Shown here: one piece after another, positions 41,627-52,503 of the stretch
Layout of the letters: the number at the start of each line of letters is the position of its first letter
Numbering within the stretch: the stretch's first letter is position 1
NCBI GenBank assembly: GCA_021740905.1
Contig: JAIOYV010000012.1
Coordinates: 25,786 to 89,785 of the forward strand
Direction of reading: 5' to 3'
Source: Bacteroidales bacterium
GTDB taxonomy: Bacteria > Bacteroidota > Bacteroidia > Bacteroidales > M50B96
DNA length: 64,000 bases
Made by a program: the position numbers and the translations under genes
The notes under the pieces: generated by a model
What the model was told of the DNA's origin: nothing
The model's input: the letters and a program-made list of their open reading frames with translations, nothing else
Database searches by the model: none

Positions 41627-42142
41627 TTATTCCTTTAAACGTGCATACCTAATCTCATCCCACAACTGAGCCATTTTGAAAACCGATTTCTCAAATACTC
41701 CTTCTTTTTTAAATCCACATTTTTCGAGTACCCGACACGATGCAGGATTAAACTCAAATACCCCGGTATGGATGCGGACAATGTCGAGGTTGGCGAAAGC
41801 CCATTCACAAATAAGTTGAACGGCTTGGGTGGCGATGCCTTTGTTCCAATATGGCTCTCCAATAAAGTAGCCTATCTCAGCGGATTTACGGTACACATCC
41901 TTTTCCTGGTGTATGCTGATATTTCCTACATATTCCGATATGTATTCGATAGCAAATACTGTTTGGAGTTTTCCCGACAGGCACATTTCGATAAAGTCGA
42001 TGGCGTTTTGTTTCGTATAAGGATGAGGAAAACCATCGCGCAGGTTCCGGCTAACTTTTTCGTTATTGGCCAGTTCTGCCAACCGGCCTGCATCGGCGGG
42101 TTGCAGGAGTCTCAATGTAATATCGTCTTTCTGAATTTTCAT
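41627..42142 (-). CDS. GNAT acetyltransferase, RimJ/RimL family
   Basis: FPHPYT, SAEIGYFIGEPYWNKGIAT, NPASCRVLEKCGF..EG. Confidence 0.9.
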   Translation of the reverse strand: MKIQKDDITLRLLQPADAGRLAELANNEKVSRNLRDGFPHPYTKQNAIDFIEMCLSGKLQTVFAIEYISEYVGNISIHQEKDVYRKSAEIGYFIGEPYWNKGIATQAVQLICEWAFANLDIVRIHTGVFEFNPASCRVLEKCGFKKEGVFEKSVFKMAQLWDEIRYARLKE

Positions 42143-42211
42143 CTAACAGAATTTTAGGTTGAGCCAACTCCGAAAAGTTGAATACCAAAAATGCCATAAA
42201 AACGCGAACAC

Positions 42212-43048
42212 TCAAAGTAGAATTTCCACAAATACCGCAAAATGATCGGAATAATATCTCCCCTGTTTCGAGTCGGTGAGGACAGCATATTTTTCAACAG
42301 CGACATTTCTTGAGGTGAAAATATAATCGATCCGTTTTGTAGGAGCCTCTTGAAAGTTGAACCCATTGAAAGTGGCATTGGGTCCAAAATTTACTTTGTC
42401 TGCCACGATTTTCGAATCATTCATTTCTGAGGCTAAAAACCGAATACCTTTTTCGTTTGGTTCCATATTAAAATCGCCCATAAGAAATACCGATAGATTG
42501 CCGGTATTAATTTCGTTCATCTTTTTCAAAATAAGTAAAGCACTGTTTTGTTGAGCCTCTTTACCAATATGGTCGAAATGAGTATTGAAAACATAAAACA
42601 GTTCGCCGGTTTGAAGGTTTTGAAAAAGGGCGTAAGTACATATCCTTTCCATAGAAGCATCCCAGCCTACTGATATTTTATCGGGAGTTTCGGAAAGCCA
42701 AAAAGTATGTGCTTCCTCAAAAAGGCTAATAGTCGACTTATTGTAAAAGATAGCCGAATATTCGCCCTTTGTTTTTCCATCGTCGCGGCCCACGCCAACC
42801 CAGCCATAATCGGTAAGGCAACTATCAAGAAATATCACCTGTTGGTGCAAGCCTTCCTGTATCCCAAGTATATCAGGCTCGTAGAATTTTACTTGGTCTG
42901 CCAAATCGTTCTTGCGGGTTTCCCACCGGTTATCGCCATCGTTGGGGTTGTTGTAGCGGATGTTGTAGGTTATCAGAGTTAGAGACTGGCTGCTGCCAAG
43001 CAATACCATCATTAGAAATCCCACTACGAGGAAAACATTTTTAATCAT
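42212..43048 (-). CDS. Endonuclease/exonuclease/phosphatase family protein, secreted
   Basis: TYNIR, GIQE, NTHFDH, GDFN, RIDYIF, SDHF. Confidence 0.9.
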   Translation of the reverse strand: MIKNVFLVVGFLMMVLLGSSQSLTLITYNIRYNNPNDGDNRWETRKNDLADQVKFYEPDILGIQEGLHQQVIFLDSCLTDYGWVGVGRDDGKTKGEYSAIFYNKSTISLFEEAHTFWLSETPDKISVGWDASMERICTYALFQNLQTGELFYVFNTHFDHIGKEAQQNSALLILKKMNEINTGNLSVFLMGDFNMEPNEKGIRFLASEMNDSKIVADKVNFGPNATFNGFNFQEAPTKRIDYIFTSRNVAVEKYAVLTDSKQGRYYSDHFAVFVEILL

Positions 43049-43086
43049 CCTTTTGAACTTTGTTGAAAAAATCCAAGCTGTCTAAA

Positions 43087-43998
43087 CTATTCCAGCACAA
43101 AATGATAGGTAATTGTCCCAATTTGATCTGGGGCATTGGGCTTTGCGCTGAATTTGGCTTTGAGTGCGGCTTTCTTTGCTACATCGCAAAGGTATTCATC
43201 TAATGTGGTAGAACCCTTTACGCCGGGATTGGCAGAAATCACATCGCCGTTGCCATTCACCCTAATCTCCACAACTACCACACCTTCTTTTTGGCTGGTG
43301 TCTTCGGGTTTCGGTAGCATTTTGCTGGTACGTCCTTCAAGGCTAAATGAGATCCCTTTGTTGCCCAGCCCTTTTCCTTCACCATGATTTTTGCTGTCGA
43401 CCGATCCGGTTTCTTTGCCCTGGTTGCCTTTGTAAGTCCCTTCGCCTTCTCCGGTGCTCTTGTTTTCCGAATCGCTTTTTCCTTGTCCAAAGGTATTTTT
43501 GAACCGGTTGTTTATTTCATCAATTTTTCGCTGTTCTTCTTCTTTGGCTTTGCGTTCTTCTTCTGCAATCCTCTTTTGTTCCAGATCGGCCAGACGTTTC
43601 TTTTCAATTTCTTCCTTTATCTTATTCTCGGCCTCAATTTCTTCTTTGGTTTTCACCTTAGGCTTGGTTTCCTTTTTTGATTCAACAGCTACTGTCTTTT
43701 CAAAATCCTGGGTAAGGACTTCTTCTTTAGCTTCTTCGGGTGCCGGAGTTTGGGTTTGTTCAACAGGTGGAGGAGTGGTTTGCACTTCTTTGACAGGCTT
43801 AACAGGTGTGGAGGGTTTTGATGGTTCCACCTGGCCACTCCCGGCTTCATCATATCCAAAATTGATAAGAATACCCTCCTCTCCGGGTAAAGGCAATGGA
43901 GTATGGAAGCCTAGTACAATCAGCAATATCAACAATATGATATGAAAAATTGCTGTGCCAATTATTCCCCGCCGTTTATCTTTAAAGAAGTCACTCAT
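43087..43998 (-). CDS. tonB: TonB/TolA-like energy transducer
   Basis: N-terminal TM with His, Pro/Lys/Glu-rich linker, C-domain EGVVVVEIRV...GTITYHF. Confidence 0.8.
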   Translation of the reverse strand: MSDFFKDKRRGIIGTAIFHIILLILLIVLGFHTPLPLPGEEGILINFGYDEAGSGQVEPSKPSTPVKPVKEVQTTPPPVEQTQTPAPEEAKEEVLTQDFEKTVAVESKKETKPKVKTKEEIEAENKIKEEIEKKRLADLEQKRIAEEERKAKEEEQRKIDEINNRFKNTFGQGKSDSENKSTGEGEGTYKGNQGKETGSVDSKNHGEGKGLGNKGISFSLEGRTSKMLPKPEDTSQKEGVVVVEIRVNGNGDVISANPGVKGSTTLDEYLCDVAKKAALKAKFSAKPNAPDQIGTITYHFVLE

Positions 43999-44062
43999 TT
44001 GTTATCGTTTTTCAAATTCCCTTCTTTGATGCCTGTTAAGCATATATTCCATAAAAAATTAG

Positions 44063-44455
44063 CTATTCTTTGCTAGTTGCCAAAATCATCTTGAATTTGT
44101 TCCGTTTGGCAATATTCATCACTTTAACCACATGCTCGATGTCGACCGTCTTATCAGCATGTAAACTGATGTACACATCCTCGTTGTTTCCTATCTTATC
44201 GATCAATTCGCGCTCCAAATTACTCAGAGCGACCGGGTTGCCTTCAATGTAATAATTCAAATCGCCGGTAATCGACACGGTTGTCAATGGCTTAGCCTTG
44301 GTTTGGTTGCTGCTCTGCGGGAGCAACAATTTCAGGGCATTGGGATGTATCAGTGTGGATGTTACCATGAAGAAGATCAGCAAAAGAAAAACAATGTCGG
44401 TCATTGACGACATGCTAAAACTGACATTTACTTTGTTCCTTGATCGTAAGGCCAT
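44063..44455 (-). CDS. exbD: ExbD/TolR
   Basis: MSSMTDIVFLLLIFFM, LHADK, VVKVM. Confidence 0.92.
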   Translation of the reverse strand: MALRSRNKVNVSFSMSSMTDIVFLLLIFFMVTSTLIHPNALKLLLPQSSNQTKAKPLTTVSITGDLNYYIEGNPVALSNLERELIDKIGNNEDVYISLHADKTVDIEHVVKVMNIAKRNKFKMILATSKE

Positions 44456-44481
44456 TTTTAATTTTTTAAGTTTCCTAATGC

Positions 44482-45174
44482 CTAAACCGGCTCGTTTAAT
44501 AGATCCATAAACTCGGTGGTGCGGGCTTCCAATTTGTTTACCACTTTCTCTACTCGTGCAACCAAAATATTATAGGCAAAGTAGGCGATAATTCCAACCG
44601 TCAACCCAGCTACTGTGGTTACCATAGCTACGTAAATACCACTCGAAAGTAAGGAAACATCAATGTTGTTACCAGCACTTGCCATGTTGTAGAAAGCCTC
44701 AATCATCCCGATTACGGTTCCAAGGAAACCGATCATTGGAGCACCACCTGAAATCGTCCCCAATGTGGGTAAGCCTTTTTCCAGCTTCGAAATTTCGAGT
44801 TTCCCCACGTTTTCGATGGCGGCATTTACATCGCCAAGCGATCGGCCCAAACGGCTGATGCCTTTCTCCATCATCCTGGCAACCGGGCTTTCGGTCGATT
44901 TGCACAAGGCTACTGCCGAATCCACTTTCCCTTCCAGGATGTACTCTTTGATGTTGTTCATAAAAGAGGTATCCTCTTTGGCTGCTTTCTTTATGGCAAA
45001 ATACCTTTCAATAAAAATATAAACAGCAATAATAGAGAGTACCCCGATTGGGATCATAATCCAGCCACCCTTGATGGCCAAATCAATAAACGAAAAAGTA
45101 ATTTCTCCGGCTTCTTCGCCGGCAGTACCATCACTTAGGTTAATCTGTAATAGCGTAAACACTGACATAATCAA
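44482..45174 (-). CDS. exbB: ExbB/TolQ proton channel
   Basis: APMIGFLGTVIGMI, GIYVAMVTTVAGL. Confidence 0.92.
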   Translation of the reverse strand: MIMSVFTLLQINLSDGTAGEEAGEITFSFIDLAIKGGWIMIPIGVLSIIAVYIFIERYFAIKKAAKEDTSFMNNIKEYILEGKVDSAVALCKSTESPVARMMEKGISRLGRSLGDVNAAIENVGKLEISKLEKGLPTLGTISGGAPMIGFLGTVIGMIEAFYNMASAGNNIDVSLLSSGIYVAMVTTVAGLTVGIIAYFAYNILVARVEKVVNKLEARTTEFMDLLNEPV

Positions 45175-45198
45175 TTAATTAATTTTGCGCAAGTTATT

Positions 45199-45237
45199 AA
45201 AAAACGGGATACACCTTGATATAGTATATCCCGTTTT
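45199..45237 (-). terminator. Rho-independent terminator after nhaD
   Basis: aaaaaacgggatacac...gtatatcccgtttt; U tract on the minus strand. Confidence 0.75.
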
Positions 45238-45272
45238 CGTAAAAAGAAATCAACAGCTTTTTCAACCTATCA

Positions 45273-46724
45273 CTAATGTCCTAATAATTGCATTTGGAAA
45301 TAATATGTGGCAGCACCAGCAAGGTATCCAATCAGTGCTAATAAACTTATTTTCTTTAGGTACCATATAAAATCTATTTTTTCGAGTCCCATTGCTGCTA
45401 CTCCGGCAGCTGATCCAATAATCAGGATACTACCACCTGTCCCGGCACAATAGGCCAGGAATTCCCAGAATACACCATCGACTACGAAGTCGGCCAAAAA
45501 TCCGGTAGTGCCCGGATCCATAATCGGATACATCCCCATTGCCCCGGCAACCAGAGGAACATTGTCTACGATGGCTGACAAAAGACCTATCAGTATATTA
45601 ATAATATAAATATTATGGAATACATCATCGAGTGAACCAGCCAAAACCGCAAGATGTCCAGCTGATTGTAAAGCCGCAACAGCGGTCAGGATACCAAGGA
45701 AAAAGAAAATGGTAGGCACGTCAACTTTGCGAAGAATACCAATAACAGTAAGTTTTCTCTTATCAACCACAGGCTTTTTGCGATGCATGATTTCGGTTGT
45801 TACCCAAATTACTCCAAGGCCAAATAACATGCCGAGGTATGGGGGCAAATGTGTTACTGTTTTAAAAATCGGCACAAACAACAAGGCACATACGCCCATG
45901 ATCAGCAATAATCTTTGTTCAAAAGGGGAAGTGAAGTCATTGTCCTCACCATTTTCCATTGTGGGGCGTTGTATAGTACCCTTCATTGTAAAACTTAAAA
46001 TAGCAAGCGGTACAACCATAGTCACCAAACTTGGGAGAAAAACCATCATAATAATATTTCCGGCAGTAATCTGGCCTCCGATCCAAAGCATAATGGTGGT
46101 TACATCGCCAATGGGCGACCATGCCCCCCCTGCATTCGCAGCCAGAACTACCATACTGGCAAAGAACCATTTGGTTTGTTTGTCGTCGATGAGTTTTCGG
46201 AGCAGGGCAACTAATACAATTGTGGTTGTAAGGTTATCCAAAGCGGCAGACATGAAGAAGGTTAAAAAGCTAAGGATCCAAAGGAGTTTTACTTTGCTGG
46301 TAGTGGTTATTTTATCTGTAATCAGTTTGAAACCCTGGTGTTGATCGACAGTTTCAACAATGGTCATTGCTCCCAATAAGAAAAATAAGATTTCTGCAAT
46401 TTCGACAAGGTGATGCTCCAAATCTTCGACCACAAAATGGATCATATTATGACCTGTTTCAACTGTTGTATCCCAGGCTCTGTTAAAATGTCCTTCCTGA
46501 ACACCTGGTTTAATAAGTTCAAGCACATCATGGGCTTTTTCCTTCGCCATTTCCCAGGCAGGGCTTAATCCCAAGTCGAGAATTCCAGCATGATTCAAGG
46601 CATACACAGCCCAAAGAATTGTACCTGTCAACAAGGCCGAGGCAGCTTTGTCGATTTTCAACGGATGTTCAAGGGCAATCATAGTGTAACCCAGAACAAA
46701 GATAACCACCATTAATATAAACAT
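45273..46724 (-). CDS. nhaD: Na+/H+ antiporter NhaD
   Basis: FFLLGAMTIVE, LDNLTTT, AANAGGAWSPIGDVTT, VDNVPLVA, GGSILIIGSAAG. Confidence 0.93.
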   Translation of the reverse strand: MFILMVVIFVLGYTMIALEHPLKIDKAASALLTGTILWAVYALNHAGILDLGLSPAWEMAKEKAHDVLELIKPGVQEGHFNRAWDTTVETGHNMIHFVVEDLEHHLVEIAEILFFLLGAMTIVETVDQHQGFKLITDKITTTSKVKLLWILSFLTFFMSAALDNLTTTIVLVALLRKLIDDKQTKWFFASMVVLAANAGGAWSPIGDVTTIMLWIGGQITAGNIIMMVFLPSLVTMVVPLAILSFTMKGTIQRPTMENGEDNDFTSPFEQRLLLIMGVCALLFVPIFKTVTHLPPYLGMLFGLGVIWVTTEIMHRKKPVVDKRKLTVIGILRKVDVPTIFFFLGILTAVAALQSAGHLAVLAGSLDDVFHNIYIINILIGLLSAIVDNVPLVAGAMGMYPIMDPGTTGFLADFVVDGVFWEFLAYCAGTGGSILIIGSAAGVAAMGLEKIDFIWYLKKISLLALIGYLAGAATYYFQMQLLGH

Positions 46725-47081
46725 AATCTTTTGTTATTTAATTAGTTAATTTAGAATCCTTATTATTTAAATTGTCGGCAAATATAGATATGTTGATTAA
46801 TATATAGAACGGGATGTTCTAATTTAGAAACATTAAAAGGTGCGTGGAGCTCAGGCCTACTGTGCTGAAGCTTCGAGGGTAAAAGCTTAGAAGTTCTGAG
46901 TTGGAAAGTTCAAATATGTGTTGAGCCAACTTGAAATAGCTTTTGATTCGTTATCATATACATGAAGTATTTTGCAAATGCGTATCCATTGCTCCACCAC
47001 TCCGATACTCAATTGCTTCAGCAGAGAACTTTGACTAAAAAAAACAGAGCTATCTATTTCTGCTGAACTTTTGATCCCAAC

Positions 47082-47780
47082 CTATTCATCCTCGGCCAAT
47101 CGCTTTCGCAATTCGCTCTTCAAAGTCTGTCGTTGGGACTTGAATTTTTTGTTTTCAATCGGGGGTTTAAAATCGCTTCCCGTGAAAACTCGTACTGGAT
47201 TTGCTCGATCTAATTTTTGATTATGCTGGACTGATTTCAGGTGCTCCTGTTTCCTGTTCAATGTTTCTATTTTAAGCATGTTTAAAAGCCGCTCTTTTGC
47301 TTTTTTCCTATTCTGAATTTGAGAACGACTATCGCTTGCCACAACCGAAAGTCCTGTTGGCGTGTGTGTTGCCCGAATGGCCGTGCTTACTTTGTTTACA
47401 TGCTGGCCTCCCGGCCCACTTGCACGGATTGCCTGATAGGCAATATCTTTCTCACTAATTTGAAATTCTTCCTCAGCAAGTTCTATTTTTTGAATCCCAA
47501 CAAACCAGCTTTTACTTTTTAAATCTCTTTTGAGCTGACTTTCTCCATTCCATTGTACTGTCCCAGCCCAGCTTTTTACGAATTCATCCAGATGTGCGGC
47601 CTCCAATTGTATGCTTGCCGAAAGGAGGGCGCCGTTTTCTTCCCCTTCTTCACGGTGCAACACGGTGGTCTCAATTCCTTTCCCCCTGGCTTCATCCATC
47701 AAGATTTTTAGGATTTGGGCTACTACCCAGGTGCTTTCGACCGGACCATTTCCTGATGTTATTTGCAGTATCTGTGTCAT
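47082..47780 (-). CDS. prfH: Peptide chain release factor H (divergent)
   Basis: LQITSGNGPVE, WAGTVQW, WFVG, ASGPGGQHVNKV, SRSQIQN. Confidence 0.85.
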   Translation of the reverse strand: MTQILQITSGNGPVESTWVVAQILKILMDEARGKGIETTVLHREEGEENGALLSASIQLEAAHLDEFVKSWAGTVQWNGESQLKRDLKSKSWFVGIQKIELAEEEFQISEKDIAYQAIRASGPGGQHVNKVSTAIRATHTPTGLSVVASDSRSQIQNRKKAKERLLNMLKIETLNRKQEHLKSVQHNQKLDRANPVRVFTGSDFKPPIENKKFKSQRQTLKSELRKRLAEDE

Positions 47781-47857
47781 TTCAATTCTTATTATAACAA
47801 TAGTTCATCTTGTAGACGAAGAGAAAGAAGAGAAAGGTGTTTCCAAAAGAACAAAAC

Positions 47858-48520
47858 CTACACAAAAAACAATTTCATGGAATTTACTTCAATACCAGTA
47901 AGCCTTCCAAATCCAAGCCTGTCGGCATATACACAACCTGTATCGAGATCGATTACCGGATAATTGGTCCGTACCCGATTAATGCAGTTGGCAACTGTTA
48001 TCGGGCAATGGCCATGAACAATGATTTTGTTTTTCAACTTGGGATGCGAATACTTATCCCTGCATCGCCAAACCATCGAATATTTCTCTTCGAATGGTTT
48101 CTTTAAAGTGTCGTTAAACCCGGCGTGAACAAACAGAAAGTCTGAATACTTATAATAGAAAAGTAGATTCTTGAAGAATTGAATATACTTGCGATCCATA
48201 TCCTTCAGCGATTTTATGCCAAAGCTTTTCAATGTTTCTGTACCCCCACTTTGCAACCACCGCTCTAAATGGATCTTTTTATTTCGCGATTCCAAGAGCA
48301 TCGCTTCGTGATTGCCCATCAAGGCTACTACATCAAAACCCTCGTATTGCAGTTCCAAAATGTAATCAACTACCTCTTTGCTTTTTTGTCCCTTGTTAAT
48401 ATAGTCCCCAAGCAAAATGAGTTTATCGTTTTTTGTAAGTTCAAATTTCTTCTCAATCAAAGTTCGGAGCGCATCATAGCACCCGTGAATATCCCCTATG
48501 GCAAATACCCTGTCAATCAT
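47858..48520 (-). CDS. Calcineurin-like metallophosphoesterase (PrpA/ApaH-like)
   Basis: GDIHG, LGDYIN.G, GNHE, VHAG, HGH, DTG. Confidence 0.9.
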   Translation of the reverse strand: MIDRVFAIGDIHGCYDALRTLIEKKFELTKNDKLILLGDYINKGQKSKEVVDYILELQYEGFDVVALMGNHEAMLLESRNKKIHLERWLQSGGTETLKSFGIKSLKDMDRKYIQFFKNLLFYYKYSDFLFVHAGFNDTLKKPFEEKYSMVWRCRDKYSHPKLKNKIIVHGHCPITVANCINRVRTNYPVIDLDTGCVYADRLGFGRLTGIEVNSMKLFFV

Positions 48521-48534
48521 ACTCCAGTGATAAG

Positions 48535-48858
48535 CTAATTAGCACAGGTTACACAATATAGGCTTTCGGGCCTGAACAATATCCTTCCTATAGGGATTTC
48601 CCTTTTGCATTTTAGGCAAAGGCCAAAATCGGGTGTCCCCAATTGAGAAAACACCCGCTCCAGGTTTTTTAATTTTTCTTCAGCCTGCCGCAGCGAAGCC
48701 TCTATTACGCTTTTATTGTTGATGGCATCCATGCGCGAAATTCGCCCAATTGCTACATCAGGCGCAATGGGTTTGGTCAAATCCTTATATTCCTCTATTA
48801 ACTTCTTGGTCTTTGAAATTTCGTTGAGGAGGTTTTGTTTTATGTTGTTTGTTTCCAA
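48535..48858 (-). CDS. TraR/DksA C4 zinc-finger protein
   Basis: GRISRMDAI, FGLCLKC..EIP.GR...PESLYCVTC. Confidence 0.88.
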   Translation of the reverse strand: METNNIKQNLLNEISKTKKLIEEYKDLTKPIAPDVAIGRISRMDAINNKSVIEASLRQAEEKLKNLERVFSQLGTPDFGLCLKCKREIPIGRILFRPESLYCVTCAN

Positions 48859-49117
48859 TTTGAAATTGTCTTTGCTATAAGTTGTACTTTAGTTCACCAA
48901 GGTTTCCTATTTGTCTTCAGACATGAAGTAAAACCAAATGCCAAATCTTTTAAATTGGCAGGCAAAATTAAACAACTTAACCAAACCATCATTAAGATAT
49001 TATTTTGGTTCATAATCAAAATTTAGCTCGATCATATCGAGATATTTGGTTATAATCAAGTATTCTGTTTAAAATACTTCTTCGATTTTTATAAATTTGG
49101 GTCAAGAAAATGAAATT

Positions 49118-49354
49118 ATGACAACTTTGGAATTGAAAAACTTCCTGTTTCTCAGAATTGCTGCGATTGATGATTTTTCACTTTTAAATAATTTAAGAGA
49201 CCTTCTTGAAAGAAAATCAGAAAGCAAAATCTATCAAACAAGTGCGGAGCAAAAGGCACAAATCAAGGAAGCACAGGCGCAAATCCGGAATGGGGAATTT
49301 TATACGGAAGAATTTGTTGAATCGGAAGTAGAATTATGGCTCAACGAAAAATAA
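49118..49354 (+). CDS. Putative type II antitoxin (addiction-module type)
   Basis: MTTLELK...I..IDD..LL; QKAQIKEAQAQIRNGEFYT.E....VELWL; overlaps a RelE/ParE-like start. Confidence 0.7.
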   Translation: MTTLELKNFLFLRIAAIDDFSLLNNLRDLLERKSESKIYQTSAEQKAQIKEAQAQIRNGEFYTEEFVESEVELWLNEK

Positions 49355-49443
49355 TTTGGTCGTCACGTGCGGCAGGGGAGCAGCGATTAGGGAAGGTGAT
49401 ATCCATTTTTTCATCTTTGGCCCCAACTTGCAGAGCCAGCTGA
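49336..49443 (+). pseudogene. Truncated RelE/ParE toxin
   Basis: MAQRKIIWSSRA matches the RelE/ParE first strand; similarity is then lost and a stop comes after 35 aa. Confidence 0.65.
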
Positions 49444-49765
49444 AATAGTGACAGGGTAACTTGGAGTCAACGGGGGTCACTTGGCAAAATACAGCTGGGC
49501 GGTATCCCATAAATCAATCGAAATTAGTACCCAAAAGCCGCTTACTAATTTTAGAACTAATTTTGAAACCCATGAATTCGAGATAGGCTTAACCTACTGT
49601 AAAGCATGACCCAATGCCAATTAAATACCACTTCCATTATTTAGAATAATACTCGAAATTGCCAAAATCATAAGGGGTTGTCATTCCCAAATGGTATTTT
49701 ATTGCGTCTATCCAATTGAACAAACCATTTCAGCAATTAAATGTTATAAAATAAAATTTTTAGGC

Positions 49766-51379
49766 ATGAAACAGATATTTCAAATCATTGTAATCGCAGA
49801 AATTTTAATCCTTACGATACCCTCCTTTTCTCAATCTCCACAATGGATTGAGGAATTTCCAATCGGCAACACCTTGAACCCTACCATGGTCAATTCCCAT
49901 CTTGTGCCCGATAATCTGGGGGGATATTATTTTATAGGCATCAAGCAATTTAAAATGTCGTATGGTTCGGAATTTCTGGGCCATATTAGCATTTCCCGTT
50001 TCGATGATAATGGAAGCTTGCTTTTCCCAACCATCGAATGGGGCGGAAAAGCTTCAGTGCAAAAAGCCACCGCATGGGACAATGGCAACTTGCTGGTAAC
50101 CGGAATGTATTACGACACTTTGATCTTGTCGAACCAGGATAGTTTTACGGTTCCTCAAAATCATCACTTTGTGTCAATTCTGAATTCATTGGGAGAAATT
50201 CTATATTCCAAGGATTTTGGCAGTGATTGGTTAAATGGTTCAACAACAATGGAAAATGGACAATACGCATTAATCAAAACAGATTTTAGCACCTTTGATG
50301 AACATATCCTCACATACAATTCGGCAAACCAGCCCATTGATTCTATTTTACTGGATAACTTTGGATTTGTTGAAGATTTACATCTGGATAAAAATGGCAA
50401 TTTTCAGATTAGTGGGTCGTGCATCAATGCCAACGCCAGCGTAAATGGCCATGTAATTCCAACCATGTCAGGCTACAATGGTTTTATGGTTCAGTTGAAA
50501 GGATCGGACAGCATTTCCTGGTTTTTTCAATACGTGGATGTTACCTGTGTGCACAACAATGTATTATCCGGATCGGATAATTTGAACCTAATGTGCGGAA
50601 GCCTCTACACTCATACATTGATGGGCAATGATAGTATCCCGGGGCCCTTGCTCCCCTGTTACGGAGGGGCCGATTTTTATCTGGCAGCCCTCGATTCAAT
50701 GGGTACAATTAATTGGGTTTTGGATACTCCCAATGATAATGGGAATGGAAATTTCCAAGTGGCCCGCAATCAGGCCATAGCACAATATGAGGAGGATTTT
50801 GTTGTATTAGGTGAGTTTTTAGGCGATAGCACAATTTGGCCGGGTGGTCATTCCATAACAGACACCGTCAATTTTGCTTATTCCGAAGGAACGCCAGCAT
50901 TGCTTTTTGTTTCGAAAGATGGGCAAGTTACCGGTTCAAAACTCTTTAAAGGAGGACTTGGGCTTTACCTTCATGATATTCAGACAGACAACAACGGCAA
51001 TATCTACATAAGCGGGTTGACAAACCAACCCGCACAGTTTGATGACCTTACTATTGATGCTGATTTTACCAATCAGAAATTATTTGTAATGAAACTGGCC
51101 ATGGGAACAACGTCCATTTCGAAGGCCCCAAACTCACAAGGATTCTTGATATATCCAAATCCGGCTAATGAAGAGGTCTCGATCCAATTGAACGGGCAAT
51201 TGACAGATGATCTCATGGTAAAAATTTTTGATTCCAGTGGCAGAGTTGTCCATCAGGAAAATATTTCCACCACATCAGAAAAAATCAAACTGGACATAAA
51301 TGGAATTCAGCCAGGGATATATTTTATCAAACTGGACAACAATCAACTAAGCAATAGTGCAAAATTGATTATCGAATAA
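49766..51379 (+). CDS. T9SS type A sorting-domain beta-propeller-like protein
   Basis: Start MKQIF preferred; [10 protein letters not shown]...WV and [11 protein letters not shown] repeats; IYPNPA...PGIYFIK...KLIIE. Confidence 0.85.
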   Translation: MKQIFQIIVIAEILILTIPSFSQSPQWIEEFPIGNTLNPTMVNSHLVPDNLGGYYFIGIKQFKMSYGSEFLGHISISRFDDNGSLLFPTIEWGGKASVQKATAWDNGNLLVTGMYYDTLILSNQDSFTVPQNHHFVSILNSLGEILYSKDFGSDWLNGSTTMENGQYALIKTDFSTFDEHILTYNSANQPIDSILLDNFGFVEDLHLDKNGNFQISGSCINANASVNGHVIPTMSGYNGFMVQLKGSDSISWFFQYVDVTCVHNNVLSGSDNLNLMCGSLYTHTLMGNDSIPGPLLPCYGGADFYLAALDSMGTINWVLDTPNDNGNGNFQVARNQAIAQYEEDFVVLGEFLGDSTIWPGGHSITDTVNFAYSEGTPALLFVSKDGQVTGSKLFKGGLGLYLHDIQTDNNGNIYISGLTNQPAQFDDLTIDADFTNQKLFVMKLAMGTTSISKAPNSQGFLIYPNPANEEVSIQLNGQLTDDLMVKIFDSSGRVVHQENISTTSEKIKLDINGIQPGIYFIKLDNNQLSNSAKLIIE

Positions 51380-51473
51380 GCTCTATCCTGATGTAAAAAA
51401 ATCAAATCATTTCCATTTTCCTTCTTACTTTTGCGCCGCAAAAAAAGTAAAAACAAATTTAATCGAAATAGAA

Positions 51474-52184
51474 ATGGGAAGAGCTTTTGAATACCGCAAG
51501 GCTTCTAAGATGAAGAGATGGGGAAAGATGTCAACATTATTCCCCCGATTGGGAAAAGCCATAACAATGGCTGCCAAAGAGGGAGGCCCCGATCCTGACA
51601 TGAATTCCACTTTGCGGACGGCCATACAAAATGCCAAGGCGCAAAACATGCCCAAAGACAATATCGATTCGGCCATCAAGCGAGCTGCAGGAAAAGATGC
51701 TGCAACCTTTACCGAAATCAATTACGAAGGCAAAGGTCCTCATGGGGTATTGATTTTTGTTGAATGTGCAACTGACAATACGAATCGTACGGTAGCTAAT
51801 ATAAAATCCTATTTCACAAAGGTTGGCGGATCGCTCGTACCCACCGGATCCCTGGAATTTATGTTTACCCGACAGGCCGTATTTGAGTTCGAGAAAACCG
51901 AGGAGATTGATGTCGAAAGCCTTGAACTAGAATTGATCGATGCCGGTCTCGAAGAAATTGAGGTAGATGAAGACACTGTTTATGCTTACGGCAGCTATAC
52001 CAGTTTTGGGAATCTATCGAAAGCCTTCGAGGACCTAAAAATCGATATCAAAAAAGCCAACTTACAGCGATTCCCAACTTCCCCGGTAGAATTCACAGAA
52101 GAACAAATGATCGATATCGACAAGTTGATCGACAAGATTGATGAAGATGATGACGTGCAGGCAGTGTACACGAATATTGGGTAG
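51474..52184 (+). CDS. yebC: YebC/PmpR family protein
   Basis: [42 protein letters not shown]. Confidence 0.95.
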   Translation: MGRAFEYRKASKMKRWGKMSTLFPRLGKAITMAAKEGGPDPDMNSTLRTAIQNAKAQNMPKDNIDSAIKRAAGKDAATFTEINYEGKGPHGVLIFVECATDNTNRTVANIKSYFTKVGGSLVPTGSLEFMFTRQAVFEFEKTEEIDVESLELELIDAGLEEIEVDEDTVYAYGSYTSFGNLSKAFEDLKIDIKKANLQRFPTSPVEFTEEQMIDIDKLIDKIDEDDDVQAVYTNIG

Positions 52185-52245
52185 TGAGAACCTGGAATAT
52201 ACTGCCATAAATATATTGGGTACACCTACTGTGAAATAGTAGGAT

Positions 52246-52326
52246 TTGGAGTAATGGAGTGATGGAGAATTGGAGAGCATTTGGCCAACCACCCTCCTAA
52301 TACTCCATCGCTTCAATGGCATACTT
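52246..52326. repeat. Second copy of the TGGAGTRA palindromic element
   Basis: tggagtaa-tggagtga-tggagaat-tggagagc...ttggccaaccaccctcctaatactccatcgcttcaatggcatact. Confidence 0.8.
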
Positions 52327-52503
52327 GAATCCAGTCTAAAAAGTCATCGGATGACTCTTGTTGAAAATATTCCCAAAATAGCATAGATGTGTCTCCATAT
52401 TTTGAGGGGCTACCGGAATAGTAACAGATTTCTCCCTACACTCATAATGACAAAAGGAATAGTTTTAGGATTAATCCTTGTTCTTAAATCATATTTGATC
52501 GTG

